A DNA stretch of 64,000 nt, taken from contig CBDBKE010000003.1 in the NCBI GenBank assembly GCA_965206645.1, forward strand, positions 128,001-192,000, read 5' to 3'. Under the pieces are notes generated by a model, which saw only the letters and a list, made by a program, of their open reading frames with translations, was not told where the DNA came from and searched no databases. Below are positions 1-9,554 of this stretch, piece by piece (the first letter of the stretch is position 1; each line of letters opens with the position of its first letter). This DNA is from Terriglobia bacterium. GTDB lineage: Bacteria > Acidobacteriota > Terriglobia > JAJPHL01 > JAPKYU01. The position numbers and the translations under genes are program-made.

Positions 1-1
1 G

Positions 2-184
2 GCGCGGATGTACCAGAAGGACATGCGAATCGTTACGGAGACCGCGCTTTTCTATGACGTCCCCGTACCTGTCTCCGCCATCGTGCAACAGCTGGTCAAT
101 GCGCTGATGGCCGCCGGCCGGGAAAAGGAAGACTATTCGACGCTGGGGACGATGGCGATGGCAATGGCCGGCGTGGATTCGTAA
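2..184 (+). CDS. 3' end of NAD(P)-dependent 3-hydroxyisobutyrate/6-phosphogluconate dehydrogenase-family protein (partial)
   Basis: Frame 2 reads ARMYQKDMRIVTETALFYDVPVPVSAIVQQLVNALMAAGREKEDYSTLG...AGVDS*, resembling the KD...P....Q.....G....D C-terminal helical domain. Confidence 0.7.
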   Translation, partial: ARMYQKDMRIVTETALFYDVPVPVSAIVQQLVNALMAAGREKEDYSTLGTMAMAMAGVDS

Positions 185-329
185 GCCGGCGTGGATTCGG
201 TAAGCCGGCGTGGATTCGTAAGCCGGCGTGGATTCGTAAGCCGGCGTGGATTCGTAAGCCGGCGTGGATTCGTAAGCCGGCGTGGATTCGTAAGCCGGCG
301 TGGATTCGTAAGCCGGCGTGGATTCGTAA
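167..329. repeat. Tandem repeat, 9 x 18 bp GCCGGCGTGGATTCGTAA
   Basis: Nine consecutive copies (second has an extra G), no spacers; the first copy is the last 6 codons of the upstream gene. Confidence 0.95.
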
Positions 330-492
330 GATGGAGTCGTAAGAGCGAAGCTAAGCCAGTCCGCCATCCGCACCTGGCGGGAGGACTGGGACACCGCGGT
401 TCCCTTGCAACAGGCAAGAGGTCTACATTCAGCAGGCGGATTTCGTCCGAGACCCAGGGAAAATCCACGGTGGGGGAGAAAGGGGGACTCTA

Positions 493-1788
493 TTGAAGAA
501 CAAGCCCAACGCGGCGCTCTTGTATAGCGCAAGCTGCATAGCGCTGATTGTCACTGCCATGGCGTTCGGCGTTCGCGGCGCCATCATGAGCGAGTTGGGC
601 CAGGAATTTCACCTGAGCGGCACGCAGTTGGGATGGATCGCGGGCGCCGCCTTCTGGGGCACCATGTTGTCGCTGTTCTTATCCGGCCCCCTGTGTGACG
701 TGCTGGGGATGGGCCGGCTGATGACGGGGGCCTGGCTCGGCCACGCCTTGGGCACGGTGCTGACCATCTTCTCGATCGGATTCTGGTCTCTGGTTTTCTC
801 TACGCTTCTGATCGGTATCGCCAACGGCCTGGTGGAAGGAGCGACCAATCCTCTGGTGGCAACCCTCTATCCGGAGGAGAAGACCAAGAAGCTGAATCAG
901 TACCACGCATGGTGGCCCGGCGGAATCGTTATTGGCGGCCTGGTCGCCTACCTGCTACAGCGCCTGGGCGCCGGCTGGCAAATCCAGACAGCCATCCTGC
1001 TGGTACCCACTGTGATCTACGGGCTCATGTTTTTCCGCCAGCCATTCCCCGCGACCGAGCGCGTAGCCTTAGGGATCTCGACCCGCAAAATGTTTGCCGA
1101 GTGCGTTCGGCCGCTGTTCCTGTTCATGATCTTGTGCATGGTTCTGGCCGCCGCTACGGAAACTGGCACCAACCAGTGGATCGCGCTGTTGCTGGAAAAC
1201 TCCGGCGTTCCCGGCATCTTGGTCCTGGTGTGGGTGAGCGGCATCATGATGGTGGGCCGGCTGGTCGTCGGCCCGATGGTGCGGCTGCTAACCACCCCCG
1301 GGCTGCTTCTGTTTGCAACGGTGTTCGCGGCTATCGGGCTTTATGCGATGAGTTACGCGCGCGGCCTGACGTCGTTGGCCGCGGCGGCCATTTTCGCTGT
1401 GGGAGTCTGCTATTTCTGGCCGACGCTGCTGGGCTTTGTCTCGGAACGTTTGCCCGTCTCGGGCGCTTTGGGCCTTGCGTTCATCGGCGGTGCTGGCATG
1501 GCCTCTGCCGGCGCGGCCCTCCCCTTGGTCGGCCGCATCTATGACCGACAACTCGCCGACTCCCTGCCGCTCGGGACCACGGTAGAAATGCTACGAGACG
1601 CGGTTGCGGGCACGGCCGAGGCGGCCCACTGGACGACGGTGCAGCTTGCGGCGGGCTCGGCCACATTGCGACATCTGGTGGCCCTGCCTGCCGTACTGGC
1701 CCTCGCTTTTGCGTTGTTAGTGCTGCAGCAACGGGGCAAAGGAGCCGTCAATCTAGGAGAGGGTGAAGCGCTGACCGAGGAGTCCTGA
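493..1788 (+). CDS. MFS transporter
   Basis: 431 aa, about 12 hydrophobic segments, motif A-like GPLCDVLGMGR. Confidence 0.85.
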   Translation: MKNKPNAALLYSASCIALIVTAMAFGVRGAIMSELGQEFHLSGTQLGWIAGAAFWGTMLSLFLSGPLCDVLGMGRLMTGAWLGHALGTVLTIFSIGFWSLVFSTLLIGIANGLVEGATNPLVATLYPEEKTKKLNQYHAWWPGGIVIGGLVAYLLQRLGAGWQIQTAILLVPTVIYGLMFFRQPFPATERVALGISTRKMFAECVRPLFLFMILCMVLAAATETGTNQWIALLLENSGVPGILVLVWVSGIMMVGRLVVGPMVRLLTTPGLLLFATVFAAIGLYAMSYARGLTSLAAAAIFAVGVCYFWPTLLGFVSERLPVSGALGLAFIGGAGMASAGAALPLVGRIYDRQLADSLPLGTTVEMLRDAVAGTAEAAHWTTVQLAAGSATLRHLVALPAVLALAFALLVLQQRGKGAVNLGEGEALTEES

Positions 1789-1833
1789 TAGACGTTCGGG
1801 CCGGCTGCTGCCACACACCGAGAACCTCCCGTA

Positions 1834-2196
1834 TCAAAAACTCACAACTCGGTCGTGTTCCGCAACCAACTGGGCGTAACGTTTAGGATCCATCCAAGAG
1901 GCACTGATCCCCTGGAAATCTTCTTCGGAGACCCCACGGGCCTTCCCGCAAAGGCCTCAAACAAATACGGGAATTTTGTTGCCCACAGCAAAGGCAAACA
2001 GCTCTTTCAGAGGCGGCAGCCCGACTGGCACGATGCTATCGCGCACGGCGGATTTCATGACAATCACGCCATCGCCCACCAAAGCAATGGCAACTTCATG
2101 CCCGGCCTCCTTGGCCCCCTTGGCGACAACGAAGACCAATCCCGCTTTGGTCGGATCTTCGACGCCATGGGTACCCGTGACCAGAGTCTTAGGCAT
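1834..2196 (-). CDS. DsrE-family selenoprotein (UGA at 1957-1959 read as Sec, UGLC motif)
   Basis: GGAGG RBS; MPKTLVTGTHGVEDPTKA...IPVFV-TGA-GLCGKARGVSEED...HDRVVSF* continues in frame as a complete DsrE fold; hairpin directly after the UGA. Confidence 0.85.
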
Positions 2197-2327
2197 TGCA
2201 AACCTCCCATGGAGAACTGTGATCAAAACCCAGCTGGCAACCTAGCACCGAACCAATCCAACGGCAACCGCAATCGCATCGGAGCCCCGGCCTGGGGCAG
2301 ACTTGGCGAATCATGCCCTACCCCAAC

Positions 2328-4037
2328 CTAGTAGAGGGCGAGGGCCCGGCCGGGCGAGCCGTGGGCGTCGCGAACCTTAATCGCGGCAAATAGCAGATAC
2401 GCTTTCCCAGGAAGCTGTTCAAGATTGGTTAGGTACTCAATGCCAGCCATGCCCTTGCTGCCCAGTGCCCAGTAGGTCATCAGCGCGCGACGGGGCTCCA
2501 CGCCTCCGAGCGTGGGCGCATCAATGCCAACGGCCCGGATCCCCTTGCCGGCCAAATAGACGATGACTTCCGGCCCAGGCGCCGGCCAGCCCTCGCTACG
2601 GCCGTTGACGGGATCGTCAAGGCAGCCGGTGGCCTTCGGGTCCTTTTCCGACGGTACGCAACGCTGGCTGTGACCGGTCTGAAAGACCACGATCTCGCCC
2701 GGTTTCAGCGCCCCATTTTTTTTCTCATACTCTGCCACGTGTGCGGACCGGATTTCGGGAGACGCAGGCCACTTGCTGCGGTCCGAGGAGCCGGCCAGCC
2801 CTCGCACATCAATGACCCGAAGCCACCCGCTGGTCTGCGAGACAGGCACCTTTTCCACGGTCACCTCACTGGTGCCGCGAGGACCAAACTGTTTTTCGTA
2901 TTCGGCCAGCCAACGTTGCACCTCGGGCGAGTAGCTGCTGTTGGAGAAGCCGGGGGGCGGTAAAGCGTAGACCGGCGGCACAAGATGAGTGCCGGTGTGG
3001 GCGTCCATGATGTGCACCATGTGGGAGGCCTCTGTTTTCGGATCATAGGCATGCCGCACCGTCAGGAGGCGCTGGCGATGATTGCCAAATCCGGTTCCGG
3101 GCCACCACAGGGGAAGGTTGTCGGCAAACATCACCGAAAGATCCACGACCCTCTTCTTGCGGGCTGACTCAATCAACTGCCCCGCCAGGGGCGAGCCGAT
3201 GACCGCCAAGGCGCGCGACTCGGTGGCCATGGCGCCCACGTATTTCGGAGAGAGCACGCCGTACAAGGCCCCTGTCGGCGGCAGTTGTCCGAACCCAGTT
3301 CCCCCTTCGGTCCAGATCATTCCATACTTCAGCCCGGCCGTATGCGTTGGGTCGGCATAGTCGGGAATCGGACCCATGCTCGGGCTGTCGGTGGCCGCCG
3401 CCATCACGCCCCGCTTAGCCACGTATTCCATAGCCTCGGGAGTGGGGTCAGGCCAGGCGGGCGTACGCCCTTCCAGCGGATCGGCGATAAACCGCCTGCC
3501 CTCGGGCAGGGGAAGGTAGTAGGCATCGCTATATCCGCTGGCGAAGATCACCACGTCGCCTGGTCCCAGCGGACGGTGTTTTTTCTCCCATGCCTGGATG
3601 TCGCTGGTTTGGATCAGGGGGCTGTGCCCCTTGGCGGCGCGGTCTCTCAGGTGGGCAAGGTTGATCACACAGGCCTCTCCGACAAACTGCCACGGTGGGA
3701 CGCTTTCCGCGAACAGGAGGCCAGCCGGCCCGGCGTTCGGGAGGCCGGAACCAGGCATGGGAATCGAGTGCGGCGGCGTGTCGAGTTGCGTGCCGACATT
3801 CCCCTCGAGGAGCAAAACGTCACTGTTGTAGGGGCTTTTGGGGCCAATACGAAGGTAATGGGACATCTGGAAAAGCGGCCAATCGTTCTTAGGCCAGGTG
3901 CCCGGGAAGTCTGCCGCCACCAGAAGCGTAAGATCGACGAGGCCGGCTTTTGCTGGCGGTAGTGGCGTGGTGCGCGCGGTCGTAACAAGAAGCACCGCCA
4001 GGGCGATTACCGAGACAATAAAGGGACGTAGGGTCAT
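2328..4037 (-). CDS. Secreted cyclase/kynurenine-formamidase-family protein with two tandem domains
   Basis: Signal peptide; GTQLDTPPH and HTGTHLVPP motifs; repeated GWPxP...GxDxP and GSPxRALA segments. Confidence 0.75.
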   Translation of the reverse strand: MTLRPFIVSVIALAVLLVTTARTTPLPPAKAGLVDLTLLVAADFPGTWPKNDWPLFQMSHYLRIGPKSPYNSDVLLLEGNVGTQLDTPPHSIPMPGSGLPNAGPAGLLFAESVPPWQFVGEACVINLAHLRDRAAKGHSPLIQTSDIQAWEKKHRPLGPGDVVIFASGYSDAYYLPLPEGRRFIADPLEGRTPAWPDPTPEAMEYVAKRGVMAAATDSPSMGPIPDYADPTHTAGLKYGMIWTEGGTGFGQLPPTGALYGVLSPKYVGAMATESRALAVIGSPLAGQLIESARKKRVVDLSVMFADNLPLWWPGTGFGNHRQRLLTVRHAYDPKTEASHMVHIMDAHTGTHLVPPVYALPPPGFSNSSYSPEVQRWLAEYEKQFGPRGTSEVTVEKVPVSQTSGWLRVIDVRGLAGSSDRSKWPASPEIRSAHVAEYEKKNGALKPGEIVVFQTGHSQRCVPSEKDPKATGCLDDPVNGRSEGWPAPGPEVIVYLAGKGIRAVGIDAPTLGGVEPRRALMTYWALGSKGMAGIEYLTNLEQLPGKAYLLFAAIKVRDAHGSPGRALALY

Positions 4038-4187
4038 TCTTGCAGGCTCTCCTTCTAATGGATTCGTGTCCGGAACTCCGGTGCCATCCTGCGGTAGCAA
4101 GCAGCGGCGGTCTCGCCCGATGGCCATCACCTCGGCGTCTTCATCGTCGCATAAGAACCGCAAGAACTCGCGTGGTGCCTCAATGCT

Positions 4188-4574
4188 TCAGCGAGGATCG
4201 ATTGAGCTAACCTCGATGGTTCCGCCCTTCAGCGTTCCGGCAACCTTTACCTCAATCTCTTTTTCATCCTGCTTAGTGCCCTTCAACAGTTCCAGTGCTT
4301 CCTTGTTCCCGGACTCGTCAAACTTCAGAAACTTACCGTTCCGCTGCACCAGTCCGAACCCCGTCTTGGCGCAACCGACCATGCAACTGACTGGATGTGC
4401 GCTCACATCCTGGCCTTTGCACGCCACATCGCTGAGCCATCCCTCCCAGGTCTCCGCAACGGCCGGTGAGGCGATCAGGCACCCCATTGCCAGAATGGCA
4501 GCGCACCTTCTGACGATCTGTAATATCATGCAACGCATAAACCCTCTTAGTGCCAGACTAGATTCCCAGACCAC
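4188..4574 (-). CDS. Hypothetical secreted small protein (start uncertain)
   Basis: Signal peptide, then WEGWLSDVAC...C...C...G...DESGN...V.V.G. Confidence 0.6.
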   Translation of the reverse strand: MVWESSLALRGFMRCMILQIVRRCAAILAMGCLIASPAVAETWEGWLSDVACKGQDVSAHPVSCMVGCAKTGFGLVQRNGKFLKFDESGNKEALELLKGTKQDEKEIEVKVAGTLKGGTIEVSSIDPR

Positions 4575-4843
4575 CTAGACTGTAAATAGAAAGCACGGAC
4601 CGGTCAAGCTCGAACCTGCTGATCGCCCTTGCCTGTCGGTCTGCGGCAAGCCCAGTTCCAGGATGCCAGCTCCAGGGTGATTGAAACGCCGCCTTACGAG
4701 GTTCTGGGCGGCCAACTCGACTCCGTGGGGGGCGAAGAGGTGTTGCCCGCCCAGGCGAATTGGTCTAGTCTAAGCGACGGCGATACTGTTAGCTCTTGTC
4801 CCCTAACCCGGCATTGCTCGCAGCGGAGAAAGGAGCATGGCTC

Positions 4844-5729
4844 ATGGTGCAGCGCACGTTACTTCCGGTTGGCATTTTCTGTTTGGTGACCTTCTGTTTG
4901 GTGACTGGCGCTTGCTCTCCCAGCGGTCCTGCTCGCGGCTCAAAAGGAGTGGCTGCACCAGGCGGCCCGGGACACCTTCGTGGCCGGCGACCTGGAGAAG
5001 ACGGTCGAGCACCTGGAGAAACTGGAACGAGTCGAGGGCAGCCCCTACGTGCCAAGTGCGCGCGTTTGGCGAACCATCCTGACGGCCGGACTCGCCCACG
5101 GCCACCTGGAAATAGCGGAAGCCTACTCTGCTGGTTCGAAGCGCGCCGGTGCCAACAAGACCGCCTTTCTGCGGCAAAAAGCGGAGCACTTGAAGGAAGC
5201 CGGCAGGCACGCCTTCTACATGCTGGAATCCTCCGAGGCGTTCCTCAAGGATTCTTCCGGGCAGCCGGTGGTGGTGGAGTTTCCCTTCCCCAGAGGCAGT
5301 GCCGGCCCAGTGCCTGAACTGAATCGCGTCTATGACGGGTTGGACCTGGGAGTGGAGCAACGCAGGCCAGTCGAGGTCAAAACGCTGGATCGTGGAGTGG
5401 TGCGAGCGGTCAGCACTGTGTTGACCTCGGCCGATGATGCTGCCGGAGCCCAGAATGCGCTGCAATCGGGCCGCGTCGAAGTGCCTCGGGCGCGTTTCCT
5501 GCTGGCCATGGCCACCATGATGGAAAAGCTATCTCCCATCTTTGATCGCACAGGGCTGGGCGAGCCGAGCGTTCTGGAGGTGGTGCGGAAGCGTGCCATC
5601 AAGGCCACCGAGCAGGTGCTGGCGCTTGAGCCTGGTGAGGAAACCACAGCGGCGGCCAAGGAGCTACAGGCCGATCTGGAAAAGGCCCTCAAGGCGATGC
5701 CCCGTAGGATGGTTGCCACGCCCCGTTAG
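4844..5729 (+). CDS. Hypothetical lipoprotein, frameshifted at about 4942-4945
   Basis: MVQRTLLPVGIFCLVTFCLVTGAC lipobox-like start joins the 4980-5729 ORF if one A is removed from the AAAA run. Confidence 0.55.
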
Positions 5730-5745
5730 CCAAGCCCAGTAACGG

Positions 5746-6075
5746 CTAGGCGGGTCCCGCCAAACGGCGAATCATTTCCAGGATCTGCTCTCGCTCCTCA
5801 GGCGAGAGTACCGGCAGGTGGCGCCGCATCTCCTCCAGGAAGTCCTGCTCGCTGGGTTCTGCGTTGCCGGAAGGGCCGTCGGCCCCCAAGAACATGTCCA
5901 CCAGTTGCGTTTCCAGGGCCCGCGCAATCCGGGAGAGGGTTTCGATGCTGGGAACCGTGTGCCCGTTTTCTACGCGCGAGATGTAACAGCGCATCAGCCC
6001 CGTCCGCTTCTCCAGGTCTCCCTGGGAGAGGCTGCGCTTCTGGCGAAGGTTGCGGATTGCGATGCCGATATTCAT
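5746..6075 (-). CDS. XRE-family HTH transcriptional regulator
   Basis: LSQGDLEKRTGLMRCYISRVENGHTVPSIETL. Confidence 0.9.
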   Translation of the reverse strand: MNIGIAIRNLRQKRSLSQGDLEKRTGLMRCYISRVENGHTVPSIETLSRIARALETQLVDMFLGADGPSGNAEPSEQDFLEEMRRHLPVLSPEEREQILEMIRRLAGPA

Positions 6076-6231
6076 CGCGCAATCTGTGCTTGGCAGAATA
6101 TAGCGCAGCCCCGTCCCGCAGCCAAGCGAGAAATTTTCTTCTTGGCCCTTCAGATCTGTTCCCGTAGGCCTCGCCAATACGCCTCGTCAATACCGAGGTT
6201 AGGTCTTGGCAGCGGATGGGGTGGTAGGATT

Positions 6232-6305
6232 CAGGACCAAAGCTGCAGGACCAAAGCTGCAGGACCAAAGCTGCAGGACCAAAGCTACAGGCGGCAAAGC
6301 TGCAG
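6232..6305. repeat. Tandem repeat, 14 bp CAGGACCAAAGCTG (3 exact, 1 near-exact, 1 degenerate)
   Basis: Seen directly in the divergent intergenic region. Confidence 0.9.
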
Positions 6306-6356
6306 CGGCGCACCAGGCGATCCGCGCAGATCCACCCGGGCTGCGGTAGAATCACG

Positions 6357-7145
6357 GTGACGAATGGAGGGAACTGTTTGTCGGGCGCCGACCGATGGGA
6401 GGGAACCGACCGCCAACTGCTGCTAGGTCCCGCTGGCGTCGGAAAAAGCCACCGGCTTCGCGAAAGATTTGTCGAAGCGATGCAGGCCGAGGGCGCGGCC
6501 GAAACGCTGCTGCTGGTGCCCACCGCCAGCTACCGCGATCACACTCGCAATTTGGTGCTGCGCGAAGGAGGCCTTCGAGGCTTTTCGGACGCAGCGGTCT
6601 GCACCTTTCGCGACCTGCTGGAGCGTCTGTTTTCAGAGAGCCACTGTGGTACACGGGGAGATTCACTGCTGGCGAGGCAAAGCGACAGCGGACCACCCGC
6701 AGAGTTGAGCGCCGCGCGACGGGAGCTGCTGCTCCGCCGCCTGCTTCGGGAGCTGCCGCTGCCTTACTTGAATGCGGTGCGGGACTTCCCTGGCTTTCGT
6801 ACAGCGCTGGGAGATGCGCTGGAAGAGGCGCGTCGCGCCGGAGTGGAGCCAGACACACTGGAAGCCGTATTGCGCAATGGGGCACCCTCGGCACGCCATC
6901 ATGCCTTTCAGCAACTTTTTCGGGCCCACCTTGCCGCCCTGCGCCAGGCGGGCGCCAATGAAGCCCAACACCTCTCCCAGGTTTTCGAAACCCTCGCCAG
7001 CGGGGGCCTGCGCCTCAGACTCCTCCTGTTAGATGGATTTGCCGACTTCACCGCAGAGCAGCGGGCCCTGTTGATGGCCTTGTTGCCCCATGCGCCCGTG
7101 GCTGTCGTAACGCTGACGCTGGACCCGCAGAAACGCGATTTCTTT
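6357..7145 (+). pseudogene. AddB/RexB-like helicase-nuclease subunit, N-terminal part only
   Basis: LLLGPAGVGKS Walker A, LLLVPT, VCTFRDL, LLDGFADFT; cut at 7146 by an IS6-type inverted repeat. Confidence 0.7.
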
Positions 7146-7276
7146 GGTACTGTCAAGTTAAGCAGTTTGGCGGCATTCTCGCCGCCCGCCGCCACCGCTA
7201 AGTCATTGATTCTCAGTCTCTGATCCAGCAGAATCCTTCCGCAAAACGGGCAGATTCTGTTCAACTTGACAGTACC
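7146..7276. mobile_element. 131-bp IS6-family miniature element (MITE)
   Basis: Perfect 14-bp TIRs GGTACTGTCAAGTT / AACTTGACAGTACC, the same as the right end of the IS6 at 8524-9327; no transposase, no target duplication. Confidence 0.9.
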
Positions 7277-8152
7277 ATGCCTAGTGTTGATGAGTTGGCG
7301 AATCTGTGATTCTAAATGCGGTAGCCTTTTTCCCATCCTTCGCCGTCGGCGAAGGAGTTTCCAAATGTCGATGTCGAACCAATCAGAGAATGCAGCGTGA
7401 ATGCTATTGATCCCCTGGAAACTGTACCGATCTGCGACAATGTCCTCGATCGTCTTGGTTCTTGACTGGACCGATAGAAGGTCTGACATCGTGACCTTTG
7501 TGGTCTGGTGTTGTAATTGTTTCTGCGCTGCCGGGTCGTAGTGTAAGAGTATCTTGAAACAACGACTGAAAAAGTGTTCTAGAGCAGCAACGGCGAATGG
7601 CACCAGGGCGTTGTATAGAACACGTGCAGGATCTGCATGTGACAAGGGTTCGAGCTTGGTGCCGACAAGACGTTCTAAGCTCTTCTGTGGCTCTGGAAGT
7701 GCACATCGGACAGCACGAACGCTGTCGGTTACAAATGCATAGGCAAGATAGATTCCACGCGTTGGAGCGTCGCGCACGTCAGGAGTGACTTTTGTGTACC
7801 TATTTCGACCAAAGCAGTCATTGTAAAAGCTTCCGCCAAAACGTGCTCGTGCAAGGCGAATGAGACTATTTTGCTGTTCCCTGTCTGCTGGACTTGCGGA
7901 GCGACGAGTCCGTGTGTGTAGAGCCCATGTGCAGTTCCCTAGCGTGGCTTTCGCATCTTCTGATGGAGGACAAATTGTAGCCTCAACCCCATCGAAAGAT
8001 TGATAATCGACCTCGTTAAACCAATGAAAGTGCAACGAACCCTTCGGCCAATCCCAAAGATGCCCGGATGGCTTGAACCCAAGTTCACTTACGAGCTTTT
8101 TGAGCTCATCTCGTGACGAGCGTGTCGGGTGAAAAATGACTTCAATGCTCAT
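7277..8152 (-). pseudogene. Hypothetical protein with probable C-terminal HEPN domain, 3'-truncated
   Basis: Lower GC; AALEHFF...YSFQGINSIHAAF...LINTRH, then reads directly into the MITE TIR (GTVKL). Confidence 0.55.
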
Positions 8153-8523
8153 AGTGAACTGCCCCGCGTGTCACGGAGAACTCGTTACTCGACTCTGGCC
8201 ACCATGGCGAGAGTCTCGTGCGTTTGATGGTACTGCTGTTCACACTCCGCTGGCACCGTCGTCTACGGCCGCAGCACAACCAGCGTCGGCCAAGAATCGA
8301 GTTGATTGCCTGTGTTGTCAGGCTGCCGCCAATGATGACGAGCTGCGGATCTGATGTTGGTCACGAACTCACTGCAAGCTCGAAAAGGTCGAAACTTGCC
8401 TCCGGATTGTCCTGCGAGCTACTGCCTTTGGCCGGTTCCGTTCGGCCCGTCTTCGGCGGGGCTTCCTCTATCTCTGCGGTATCGCCGTGACCCTTGCCGT
8501 TTGGTGTCATGTGTTCCCGTTGT

Positions 8524-9327
8524 GGTCCTGTCAAGTTCAGTGGGAGCGTGGCAGACTTGGCCGATGAAACGCGACACGCTGAGCTACCATGGATATCGAT
8601 TCCCACCCGACATTATCAGCCACGCCGTCTGGCTGTATCACCGCTTCGGTGTGAGCTTTCGCGATGTCGAAGATCTCCTGGCCCAACGCGGCATTACGGT
8701 GTCCTACGAAGCGATCCGGCTGTGGTGCCTCACGATCGGTTCAGTATACGCTCGCCGGCTCAAGCGTCGACAGGGCCGGCTGGGCGACATCTGGCACCTG
8801 GACGAGGTCTTCGTCACCATCCAGGGACAGCGGCGCTATCTCTGGCGTGCCGTCGATCAAGATGGTGACGTCATCGATATCCTCGTCCAGTTGCATCGCG
8901 ACTGTCGGGCGGCTACACGCTTTTCCCGCAAGCTGTTGAAGGGCCAGGAGCGTACGCCTGGGCGGTTGGTCACCGACAAGCTGAGCAGCTACAGGGCTGC
9001 GCACCGAGCGGTCATGCCGTCCGTCGCCCATCGCACGGACCGATACGAGAACAATCGCGCCGAAGTCTCCCACCAGCCCACACGGCAACGCGAGCGACAA
9101 ATGCGCCGGTTCAAATCTCCCGGGCAGGCACAACGATTCTTGTCCGTGCATGGACTCGTCCGCAACCTCTTCCGCGTTGGCCGTCACCTGGTGCGAGCGG
9201 TGCATCATCGGGAGCTACGAGGACGCTCTTTTCTCATTTGGGATGCAGTCACGATCGCCGCCTGACTCGAACTGAGATCACGATCCCGAGTACCGGCTCG
9301 CTCGACGAACGCTAACTTGACAGTACC
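8524..9327 (+). mobile_element. IS6-family insertion sequence
   Basis: TIRs GGTCCTGTCAAGTT / AACTTGACAGTACC, 804 bp. Confidence 0.92.
8564..9265 (+). CDS. IS6-family transposase
   Basis: YRFPPDIISHAVWLYHRF, WHLDE, LWRAVD, VTDKL, NNRAEVSH. Confidence 0.95.
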   Translation: MKRDTLSYHGYRFPPDIISHAVWLYHRFGVSFRDVEDLLAQRGITVSYEAIRLWCLTIGSVYARRLKRRQGRLGDIWHLDEVFVTIQGQRRYLWRAVDQDGDVIDILVQLHRDCRAATRFSRKLLKGQERTPGRLVTDKLSSYRAAHRAVMPSVAHRTDRYENNRAEVSHQPTRQRERQMRRFKSPGQAQRFLSVHGLVRNLFRVGRHLVRAVHHRELRGRSFLIWDAVTIAA

Positions 9328-9450
9328 CGGCAGAGGCCGCACCTCGTTGTCATGCTGTCGCCACTGCTCGATGCCCACCTTCGAGTCTATGCGGTTCCGA
9401 AACCACTGGAGACTCAGACACTCGTCGCGGAACTTCCCGTTGAACGATTC
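9328..9450 (-). pseudogene. IS3-family transposase C-terminal fragment
   Basis: ESFNGKFRDECL...IEQWRQHDNEVRP, cut by the IS6 end. Confidence 0.75.
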
Positions 9451-9554
9451 GTCGGTGGGAATGTCTCCGGCGCACCGATAAATCGAAGCGCTCGATCGGC
9501 GAGACACGTCAGAAAGCCATAGAGCAGGGACAAGACAGGTACGGTGGCTGCGAC

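Noticed and set aside
167-329. Possible CRISPR array; ORFs 133-468 and 191-496
   Set aside because: Head-to-tail 18-mers with no spacers; the ORFs are translations of the repeat
6232-6305. Possible CRISPR array
   Set aside because: 14-bp tandem units without spacers
6908-7276. C-terminal extensions of ORFs 6357-7223 and 6908-8152
   Set aside because: Read-through into the MITE and the antisense of the other gene
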